From NCBI RefSeq assembly GCF_006345805.1, contig NC_043011.1, forward strand, positions 38,080,464-38,144,463: DNA of 64,000 nucleotides, read 5' to 3'. The notes beneath the pieces were generated by a model that was given only the letters and a program-made list of their open reading frames with translations, did not search any database and was not told the DNA's origin. Of this stretch, positions 52,100-64,000 are shown one piece after another (position 1 is the stretch's first letter; each line of letters begins with the position of its first letter). The DNA comes from Octopus sinensis. Taxonomy: Eukaryota. Both the position numbers and the translations under genes were made by a program.

Positions 52100-53600
52100 A
52101 TCATTTACGATTTATTTCCTCTCTCTTCTCTTTCCATCAGTCTTCAATCATGTGGTGTGACGGTGGGTGTTACTGTTAATTTCGTGTTTTATATTGAGGC
52201 TCGGTCTGTCTACTGCTATGTGCGTAGCCTCTGTCAACTGTCTAAGTGTCGTGTCATTTCTATGCGTCAATATTACTTTAACCTCTATATTATTAATCGA
52301 GCCTCCATGTTCTGCCTGAGCATGTTTGTAGAGCACTGACAAGCTTTTCGCTTCTTTGAGCTCTCACAAATGTTCACCTATGCGCTCTCCTATGCTGCTC
52401 TCCGATGTAGGCAGATGTTATGTTTGTGCACCGTCCTTCAGTACAACGTAAGCTATACACTACATTCCTAAACTTATAGTTAACCCGTTGTTCCATCCTA
52501 CAAACAACACAATTGTACTCCGTACAGGGGTCTTATCAAAGGGATAGATACTACAGATCAGGGATCTTATAGGAGCATCAGGCCTCTCTACTACATTAAT
52601 CCGTAGATTAGCTTTAATGTTTTTCTATAAAGGTATACTAGTTCGCCGAGAAGGGTAGCATCGACGAACATGACGTTCTGTTAATTTTTGTTGTCATACC
52701 AAGTGTTGGCCTTATTTCTCTTATCACTGGTCCTTTCTGCCCTGTTCCAGGTTTTACTCCTGTACAGCGGGCAGATCCCCTTAGCATCTCTCTCTATGAT
52801 GGCTTTGTACTTAGTCCTGGCTCCTTTGTACACACTCTAATCATGTCCCTTTGATTGTAGCGAGAGAACTACATGCGGTGGATGAAGTATTGTACGTGTC
52901 TTTCCAATTCCACAGGGTCGCACATGCGAGACGTATTCCTCATCATTCTCACCAAGTTAGCTATAAGAATGTTGAACTGGGTGTTATCCACAACTGCTGC
53001 GTTCTTGTGAGCAAGGTACTTAGAGGCTACGGGTTTAGCATAATGAGAGCGAAGGATCTGGAACTTACCGTTCTTTGTTTCCAACAAGAGTTCTATCCCT
53101 AAAACGAGTATTCTATAGTTTGGGTGTTTACTAGGGCGGTCTATCATTAGCTCAATGCTCTGGTGGATGCAGTTAGTTATTTGCAGGATGTTCTCCATAA
53201 TGTTAGCTTCTAGATCATCACTATTATCTTGCAGCTGTGCTTTGGCTACTATACTGATATCTTCCATATAGCAGGAGTACACAAGGTTAGGTTTATGGAG
53301 TTTTCTGCTAATTAATCTTCTACCCCACCATACTATAAATAGGTTAGCCACATCACCAGCGATACAGACACTGATGGTTTCACCTTCCTCTTGGGCGTAT
53401 ATTTTGCTATTAAGCTTAAATATATAGCCCTTCAGTGTGGTCTTGGTAGTCACACCCACTGCATGTGCGACCATCTTTTTAACCTGATCGTTGTTTTCCG
53501 GAGCCCGTATAGTTTGGTCATCCGTTCCATCTCTCTTTATGGGTCTTCTTGCCAATAGAAGTTATGACAGGTGAGGGTCTACTTCTTATCGATCTAGTGG
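52100..53600 (-). mobile_element. Penelope-like element, second lineage (RT + C-terminal GIY-YIG), degenerate
   Basis: YIFKLNSKIYAQEEG...IAGDVANLF, YMEDI, HYAKPVASK..LVRMMRNTS, GICPLYRSKTWNR, NVVYSLRC..C..AYIGE, RQLTEATHIAVDRPSLNIKHE. Confidence 0.8.
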
Positions 53601-53713
53601 GGTGGAAACAAGTAAGGTCATATTTATCTAAGTAATTATTGTGAGGAGGTGGTCAGAGAGAGAGCCATGTGGAGTTTCGTAGTGTTGACACAAAAGAGTT
53701 TGGCCACCTTCTG

Positions 53714-53753
<40 letters not shown>

Positions 53754-54327
53754 ATTTCAGCAGCATCTGCGCGAAGCAGTAGCTCGGAGTCAGCAAACAT
53801 TATGTTAGTTAGAATATGTTTATGCCATACTTGTACTTCTAATGAGGAAAGTCATTGCAGTTACCATCTATCAGATCTCCAGATGCAGTGTTTCTGGTTC
53901 TTTCGGCTCTTTAGCCTTCCTCGGTTAGACATATTGAAGTGAGATAATGCTGAGCAAACATAAAACCGTAGCTCTAATTAAAAATCAGTCAACAACGTTG
54001 AGTGAGGCGTGCTACTGGATTGCCCTGGCGGGAGAAATTGAGCTCTAACAACACCAAAGTGTATTTCGTGTAAGCTAACTTTAAGTTACTGTAAATATGT
54101 TTCTGACATATTTCAACTTCTAAAGATAAACTCAATACAGTTACTGTATGGTAAAAGGTATAAAAACACCATATCTGAAGAGTGTTGACCTCTCTAGGAT
54201 GCAATACGCAGAGTTTCTGGCACATTAATCTTTTATGTAATTTTAGTAAAAATATCTGTTAAAATGAGATGTCTGTGTTACTTTCACTTTTGCGTAATTT
54301 AGAAGACAATACATTTACCGCACCCTT

Positions 54328-54405
<78 letters not shown>

Positions 54406-55144
54406 ACAGACGAACAGACAAACAGACGCAGAGGCTAAAAGGTAGGCAGGTGGTGTGTGCGTATATGAATGTGTTTGTTGTGTAAAATGATATGTGGGCA
54501 TCTCTCTGCATATCGAATTGTTTCCAGATTATTTTCGTGTTGAAATCTATGGATTTGTATCCGCATCGAAAATATATTTGACTTACCTTAGATGTATGGC
54601 GCCTAAATTATAAGTTTTCATCGGTATTCGATCGACTTTCACTGGGAACCACAATATTCTTTTCAAGAAAAATACAATAAGAATAGTAAAGTAATGAAAG
54701 AATATATATCGAAACTGAGACTACAAAACAAAACAAATGAATAACTAATAAGTTTGATCACTGTTAGCACTTTGTACGATCAAAGGACACATACTCCACT
54801 ATCTTGAAAATTTCCTTTCATGAAGAACTAATATTTATCTTGGGTGCTCTTTGATCAAGTTTATATAGTAAATAGCAGAGGAACAAAGAAAACCTGGAGA
54901 TGTTTGAAGAGGAAATCCAAAATATACGTAATTGACTGTCTCAAGAATGACATAGAGCACCAAATATTGTTTGTTTTTGCAACTTAACTGTGAAAATAAC
55001 CTACATACGTGTGAACCAGTGTTTGTCTACACATTCACATTCACACTCACATACACATATACACACACATACATGCATATATGCACATATGTACTTGTAT
55101 GTAATATTATATCTATACAATATATATAATGATATATATATATG

Positions 55145-55178
<34 letters not shown>

Positions 55179-55304
55179 TGTGTATATATATATGTATGTG
55201 TATGAATGTATGCACATATATACATACATACACGCACATACATTTATGCAAGTGTGCACTTAGGTAGAAGATATATAAATATATATATATAGAGAGAGAA
55301 ATAG

Positions 55305-55391
<87 letters not shown>

Positions 55392-55585
55392 TATAGATAG
55401 ATATAGATATATATATAATATATACAAACACATACCCTTATATATAATGAATGTGTACACAGGCGTATGCTTGTATTTTTATATATATAATATTATGTAC
55501 GCGTTGCATATATATATATAATATATATCACATATATATACATATATATATATGCATACATATATATGTATATATATATATATGC

Positions 55586-55626
<41 letters not shown>

Positions 55627-56374
55627 AGTGTATGTGTGTGTATGTGTGCGTATGCAGAGACACGTATGCTCATGCGTGTGCGTGTGTGTGGATATCTGTT
55701 GTTCGCGGTTATTATTTTGATTGAAGTTTCACTGTATTAGAATAGCGACAGACTACTTGCAAATGAAGAGTAGACCCCATACCAGAAACAGGATATATTT
55801 AATGTAACATTCGGGGAAATCTGATTTGTCCGAACGGGAGTGAAGGAAATGCACCGAAATAGAATAGGATGCCGTACTTTTGATGTATAGGTGTAGCAAC
55901 TAACTCTGTATGATAATTGTATCTTTATTTCAGAGGGCGCTAACATATGAATAATGAGTTTCAAAGACGTTTCACACAAATAAACATATGCATGAAATAA
56001 GAAAATGTGAAGTGCTGAAGATGTAAAGTAATGAAATAAATTAATATATCATTAAACGAGAACAAATGTCAACGACTTGTGAAATGAGGTGCAGCTCAAC
56101 AAGCTTGTTGCAATTAATATAAGGCAAAAAAAGTAAACCTGGAAAATGTCATTATTGGGACAAATAAGCATTATATGAATATTGTGTGTGCGTTAATATA
56201 TGCGATTCTTCAGTGTGTTTGACTGTGTGTGCGTGTAAGTGTAAGTGTGTGTAGGTGAAATAATAACCTTATCAAATATAGGTTTCTGTTTAATATTTCC
56301 TAGAGAAAATTTAGTTTACTTTCTATAAATATAATATACGTAATATCTAATATATATTATATAATATATAATAA

Positions 56375-56518
<144 letters not shown>

Positions 56519-57489
56519 ATGTACTCGCATAGCAAGTGATTTGATCTGAGACCGTGTGCTGAAAATGAAAACAGTTGCAGCAAGGTGTTTGTAAGCCATT
56601 TAAGAAACACACAAAAGCCGTTCGATTCACTTCAACATTTAAGTTTAATTTGTCAAAATATTTTCGTCGCTTTAAGACAGTTGCACCTAAACGTTGTATC
56701 CATTCACCGTTTGACGATGATGAGAGGGACAAACACACATCCACACATATATATATATATATGTGTGTGTGTGCGTCTATACAAACATATATGTGTGTAT
56801 ATATATACAGCCTTGAACAAAGTGGCAGTCATGTACACAACTTGGACGGACAAATACCAGTACACGGACATACGTTCACATGCACATACACATGTACACA
56901 CACACACAGACGCGTCTGCCCATTCTCCTAGATACTCACATACATACGTAGCACATAAGTACAAACATACATACATGCGTATGGGCATACACACGTACAT
57001 ACGCACAACATGTACACATATACACACATACATACGCACATGCATACGTGCGCATATACATACATACGCACATGCGTACGTACGTGCATACATACATACA
57101 TACATACATACATACATACATACATACATACATACATACATACCTACACACATACATACATATATACATACACACATACATACGTATATATATATATATA
57201 ACTTGAACTAACTAGATGTAAGGGGAAAAAAGATAAGTAATAGTAAAACAAAAGTTTTGAGATATAGAGATAAGTGGCTGATAATAGGTTTTAGAGTTTG
57301 TCGTGGGGGTAACTGTCGTAAATCATTTCCTAGTTTCGGCGGGGGAGGTTAAAATTTGATATTGTTGTGATGAGTGGTCAGTCTACACCTATCCACCACT
57401 ACAGGTTTATAGCTTTAAGTTTATAGTGTGTGTGTGTGCGTGCATATACACACATACATACGTACATATATATAACGAACTAACTCTCT

Positions 57490-57697
57490 TTTCTCATTCT
57501 CTTTCACTTGTTTCAGTCATTTGACTGCGGCCATGCTGGAGCACCGCCTTTAGTCGAGCAAATCAACCCGGGACTTATTCTTTGTAAGTCCAGTACTTAT
57601 TCTATCGGTCTGTTTTGCCGAACCGCTAAGTGACGTGACGTAAACACACCAGCATCGGTTGTCAAGCAATGCTAGGGGGACAAACACACACATACAA

Positions 57698-57735
<38 letters not shown>

Positions 57736-57925
57736 TATATATATATATAATATATATATATACACGACAGGCTTCTTTCAGTTTCCGTCTACCAAATACA
57801 CTCACAAGGCATTGGTCGGCCCGGGGCTATAGCAGAAGACGCCCAAGATGCCACGCAGTGGGACTGAATCCGGAACCATGCAGTTGGTAATCAAGCTACT
57901 TACCACACATCCACTCCTGCGCCTA
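57490..57925 (-). mobile_element. SINE family C
   Basis: Matches 20575-20981. Confidence 0.85.
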
Positions 57926-58758
57926 TTACTGTAACTTTCTCAAATGCAGCACGGATTTTTGTCAGTGAACAGGTCGTGGTCTTAAAGCGACGAAAATATT
58001 TTGACAAATTAAACTTAAATGTTGAAGTGAATCGAACGGCTTTTGCGTGTTTCTTAAATGATCAGAAACCAATTGGTCCAGGGACTAGATGGTAAATGTT
58101 TTTCATTTCCAAATTTATTCCTGTCGAATTTTATCCGTTATTTTTGTCGTTTACAGAACCTAGCTGTTCTTTCTAGTGTGTTGAATTCCCTATAAGCGGA
58201 TTCCTTATGTGTTTAAATATATACTATATCGTATGACTAATATATAGTCTTCTTGACTAATTTTTTTTTGCACGTTAGACTACTGGAAATGTAAATTTTG
58301 ATTGAACGTTGAAGAAAATACTTGTAGTATAAAATATGTAATTAAAGGAGTTCGACAAATTTAGTAAATATAAGGCCCTGGAAATTGAAATACATAAGAT
58401 TTGGTATCTTGAGGCGAGAACTGTTCGTTTTGTTGTGTGTGCCCTATGCACGATAACAAAGAGATGTCAGAAGCATCTAGATGATATCCCAGGAGAACCA
58501 TGTCTCAGAGAAATTCAAAAGATTGTGCTGAAAATTAATGCCCACATCATTGGAAAGCCTCTATCAATTTGAATGTGTATTACATGAAAATATTTCGCTA
58601 CTGCCCCTGTCACATCAACCCACCAAACTTTATGTTGTACTCTAACATCTCCTATCCTTCACTTGCCCTAGGATGCTGGGTATTTCGCGGTGAGTGATTG
58701 TAACAAAAATACAGTATATAAAATAACTATAATAATAAGAAGAATAATGCTATTAATA

Positions 58759-58839
<81 letters not shown>

Positions 58840-58863
58840 TACTACTACTACTACTACTACTAC

Positions 58864-58896
<33 letters not shown>

Positions 58897-58920
58897 TAAC
58901 AACAATAATAATAATAATAA

Positions 58921-59399
58921 CAGCAAATATTCTACTGAGTATCCATAGATTTACTTGTCAGTTCTTTGACCTTAACCAGATAAGCATGTCACTTAGTGAC
59001 TGAAGACATGTGCTTCTCTGATCAGGAGCAGAAATAGCAGCTATGTGTTGAGAGGAATTCCTTGAGGTTTGGATAATTCACCTTTGGAAATATGGGTGTT
59101 TTGTTCATTACCCTTAAATAACCCTTATTCAGGGTCCGTTTGAACGGGGTGGACTACTTGCCCTGATCAAAATCTTAACTGAGCTCCACCAGAAAGGGAA
59201 CGCACTGTTATTCTTGATATCAAATCACCATGTTACGCATATATAGTTGTTATGCATGTGCTTGGTGTAGCCTTATCACACGAGTAGTCATGATGGATAT
59301 ACTGGCCTCCGTATATTTTACCCCAGTGTCATTTTGATAGCATGCCGTACTCTCTTAGTCAATAATAATTACAACAACAACAACAACAAAATAATAATG

Positions 59400-59471
<72 letters not shown>

Positions 59472-59961
59472 TGGGCTACAGCAAATATTCTGCTCAATAC
59501 CACAGATTTGCTTGTCAGTTGTTTGACCATAACCAGTTGAGCATGTCCCTTAGTGGCTGACGATATGTGCATCTCTGATCACGAGCAGAAGTAGTGGGGG
59601 AGCATCATAGCCATGTGTTGAGAGGGATTCTTTGGGGTTTGAATAGTTCACCTCTGGAAACATGGGTGGTTCTTTCAACATCCTTAAGCAACCCTTATTC
59701 AGGGACCGTTTGAGCGGGATGGGCTACTCAACCTGAAGAAAATTCTAACTGGGCCCCACCTGCAAGGTCATGTGCTGTTTATCTTGATATGAGATCACCA
59801 TGTCGCGCACATATGGTTGTGATGCATGTGCCTGGTGTACCTTTATCAGACGGGTAGTCATGATGGGTATATTGGGCTTCGTATATTTTACCCCAGTGTC
59901 ACTTTGATGGCATGAACTGCTCTCTCACTCAATAATAATAATAATAATGATGATGATGTTG

Positions 59962-60012
<51 letters not shown>

Positions 60013-60611
60013 TAATAATAATAATAATAATGATAATAAAGATAATAATAATAATAATAATTTCACATGGCAGTAATTTGGGGGAGGAGTTGAGTCGATT
60101 ACATCGACCCAAGTGCTTGACTGGTACTTATTTTATCGACCCTGAAAGAATGGAAGGCAAAGTTAACATCGACGAAATTTGAACTTAGAAAGTAGAACCT
60201 TTTCTACTCTAGGCACAAAGCCCGAAATTTTGGTGGAGGGGGCCAGTTGATTATATAGTCCCCATTATGCAACAAGTATTTAATTTATCGACCCCGAAAG
60301 GATGAAAAGCAAAGTCGACCTCGACGGAATTTGAACTCAGGACGTAACGGCAAACGAAATAATACCTATTCCTTTGCTACCCACAAAGGGCTAAACACAG
60401 AGAGGACAGACAAGGACAGGGAAACGGATTAAGTCGATTATATCGACCCCAGTGCGTAACTGGTACTTATTTAATCGACCCCGAAATGATGAAAGGCAAA
60501 GTCGACCTTGGCGGAATTTAAACTCAGAACGTAGCGGAATACGAAATACCGTTAAGCATTTCGATCAGCATGCAAACGAGTCTGCCAGCTCACCGACGTA
60601 ATAAGAATAAC

Positions 60612-60647
<36 letters not shown>

Positions 60648-61045
60648 CCAGTTGAGCATGTCCCTTAATGGCTGACGATACGCGCATCTCTGATCGCGAG
60701 CAGAAGTAGTGGGGCACCATCATAGCCATGTGTTGAGAGGGATTCTTTGGAGTTTGAATAATTCACCTCTGGAAACATAAGTGTTTCGTTCAACATCCTA
60801 AAACAACCCTTATTCAGGGACCTTTTGAGCAGGATGGGCTACTCAACCTGAAGAAAATTCTAACTGGGCTCCACCTGCAAGGTCATGTGCTGTTTATCTT
60901 GATATGAGATCACCATGTCGCGCACATACAGTTGTGATGCATGTGCCTGGTGTACCCTTATCAGACGGGTAGTCATGATGGGTATGCTGGGCTTCGTATA
61001 TTTTACCCCAGTGTCACTTTGATGGCATGCACTGCTCTCTCACTC
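58921..61045 (+). mobile_element. Three copies of an (AAT)n-tailed short retroposon, family E (58921-59360, 59473-59930, 60646-61045)
   Basis: Homologous ~450-bp bodies, each preceded and followed by (AAT)n; the third is 5'-truncated. Confidence 0.85.
60062..60598 (-). mobile_element. Cluster of three SINE family D segments
   Basis: Three AAAGTCGACC/AAAGTTAACATCG cores. Confidence 0.8.
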
Positions 61046-61416
61046 AATAATAATAATAATAATAATAATAAAATAATAATAACAATAATAATAATAATTA
61101 CAACAACAACAACAACACAACAACAACAACAACAATAATAATAATAATATAATAATAATATAATAATAATAATAACAATGATAACAATGATGATGAGAAT
61201 GATGATGAGAATGATGATATCGACACCAACCGCAACAACAGCATTGGTTTAGGATGGAACGTCTAACAACAGAAAGAATATTTACTTAGAGAGGCAAGCT
61301 TTTCTATAAACCTCAATGTTGTTGCACTTTTACATTTTCTGTTTTTCACTCAAAATCTATAGAATGCTAAACATACTTATACGATCAATTCCAGCATATC
61401 AAAGTTATTTTCTGAA

Positions 61417-61551
<135 letters not shown>

Positions 61552-64000
61552 GTATTATTCGTGTTTTAAATATTTTATTAATACTTGCTATTATTTGTTA
61601 TTATTTGTTTCGATTCGTTTCGTTTTTATTTTTTTCCTTCTTCCTCTTTCTAGGAGATTCTCTATTTCTGTCTCGAGTGGCTGGGCTTTGTTTTCCGGAA
61701 CATTAACTTTTACGTCTTCCATGTAGCTAGATGTGTCCATTTGTCTCTATTACATACGTACGCATACAAATATACATGTGCCTATATCGGTGTGTGTTCT
61801 AGGGTATGTATTTTTGCTATATGTGTGTGTGTGTGTGTACAAGCATACATTCATGCATTCATATATAAAATTCTTCGTATATATATATATATATATATAT
61901 ATGTATTTATGTATATGTTTCTATTGACACATATGTGCATATACAGGCGCACATAAAAAAGAGCATATATATATATACATATGCATGTTAGAGAAACACC
62001 TTTACATACACACATATGTATTTATCTATTTATCTATGTAGAAACAGGGAGAGACATATGTAAAGGCATATATAAATATGTGTGTGTGTGTGTGCATGTG
62101 TGTATGTGTGTTTCTGTGTGTATGTGTGTGTGTGTACATGCAGAACTTTAAAGCGATATATCTCTTTCTATGTATGTGTGTAAATGTTTGTCAGTTTCCG
62201 TTTAGGTTTATGTGAATATACAACTTAAAAGAACAAGCTACATATACGCCTTGCTCCCGCATTTCCCCAGTTTACGCTAAGTTACTATTAAAGGAAACAT
62301 AAAACTGAATTGTATAGATAGCCGTGCTTAAAGGGGGAAACTATACAAAAAATAACTCGTAGAAAAGAAACACAAAATAAATTAAATCAAACAAAATACA
62401 AACGACAAAAATGCCAAGGATTCGAAGAAATACGGAACAAGAATGAAGAATTTAAGACAAAATAACGTCTTAGTAACGAAAATCAATAATGTTTGGAAAT
62501 AAGAAACCGAATCATATCTATAGAACTATGTTAATTATTCTAATTAATAGAATTATGGAACTCAGTTTAATCTCTCTGCGTCTTAAAATTTTGCTGAATT
62601 GTAAGTTGATCTGGCAGGTTAAAATTGTTAATACATCTAACAGTTAAATTATTTCCTTAAGATATCGAATTCATCACATATGGAAGCTGAAATGATCCCC
62701 GGTTAAAGCTATTGAAGTTAAGTTGAATGCAAAGGGTCGATGTGAAGCTGCTGACACATCCACTCCAAATCCGTATATTGTTTTGAAGGACTCCATTGGT
62801 CAATATTGACCATACTTCTAGAAAAGTACGCGTGGGTTTGAGCAAATTTTTATAAGAAAGACAGGCAGTTGCTCATACATATAAATGCCCATCGATTTTT
62901 ATCTTAGTAAATGCCATCGACTTGGATCTTTACAACTAGGAATCGCTGTAAGAAAACAAAGACCCAGATCAAAAACTGGATACAAAAAGGTATCTTGCCT
63001 GACTTTTTAATAATCCTACTAGCCTAGCATTCTAAATTGATAATTTTGTATCGTTCCCCACTCCAGAAAATATGAAACGCAATTTGACTTCGGGGACATT
63101 GGAAGCGAGATCGCAGATTGTAGAAATTCATAATGTGTGACATTTTATCTAACGACCTAATGGCATTGACCTTTACTGTCTGAAACATTGCGTTCAACGA
63201 ATTACTTTGGTTGGAATGATTGGTGTGCATCATAACTAAAATGTTCCTTTAAATGGAAGACACGTTACTAAAACGCATGGTTTGTGGTTTGTTTAAGCTG
63301 CTACATCACATCATAGTATGATGATTGTTTAAGTCCTTTAGAACTCCTCCCAAATAAAAAGTCAGTGAAAACTGGGGAGATATAGCAAACCTGTTAGAGC
63401 CAAGAAATCCTCAACTGAATAACTTTACAACTGTTGACATACATCATAATATAACGACTCGTGCCATAGATCACAGAAATACGTAGGGACGAAATGGTTT
63501 CGTTAGAAGTAATCCGGCAACCCAAGGACACATTATTTCGAATGTTATCAACGGTAACAATAATAATAATCCCAGTTCGGCCCCAAATAAATAGAAATTG
63601 TTGTAATCTTCAAACTGTACCATCTATTTTTATTACACTTCATTATTCAGTGTTATTTTCTCTTTTAAGATCTGTGATGTTCTACCTTCGATGATATTGT
63701 TATGACGCCTAGGGACAACATAAAGGTTCCCTTGTTATTTTATTACTAGAAAGACTGGAATGCGGCGGTAACAATGTGGTGAAATACTGACCAATTAGTC
63801 ATAAGTTCAAATCTGACAAGAGTCGTTGCTATTCATGATAATAATCTCGAAACTGTTTCGGTCATAGCTTGTATTTAATTTTGATAAATACCTTTGTTTA
63901 AAACAACGTGATTTTTTATCCTTCTTAGGTAACATATTCATCACTCATGCATACATTTTATGATCAGTTCGGATTCGAAATTTGCCTGTGATAAATATTA

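Noticed and set aside
62620-63300. Strong acceptor (TTTGTTTTCTTACAG, minus strand) and short ORFs
   Set aside because: All three frames stop within about 45 nt; no homology recognised.

Overview
AT-rich, microsatellite-saturated animal DNA. The SINE families and the (AT)n/(AGAT)n/(AAT)n/(TAG)n density suggest an octopus (inference). I recognise no host protein-coding gene; most ORF-track entries are translated microsatellites. The window is a mosaic of mobile DNA: a near-intact 5'-truncated CR1-type LINE (15.5-17.3 kb), degenerate RTE/BovB-like and L2/CR1-like LINEs, a rearranged FLYWCH-MULE with a 9-bp TSD nested in a CR1 fragment, mariner and Tc1/mariner pieces, pogo- and hAT-type MITEs, several Penelope-like element (PLE) remnants, and many tRNA-derived SINEs that swap heads and tails. 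The most striking signal is about a dozen type I hammerhead-ribozyme (HHR)-like motifs on both strands. The best is a near-canonical HHR present twice in a 480-bp head-to-tail duplication (42.8-43.7 kb, minus strand). This architecture fits a non-LTR retrozyme that could release a 480-nt self-cleaving, circularisable RNA. All folds were paired by eye and none is shown to cleave. Repeat boundaries are approximate unless a TSD or TIR is quoted.
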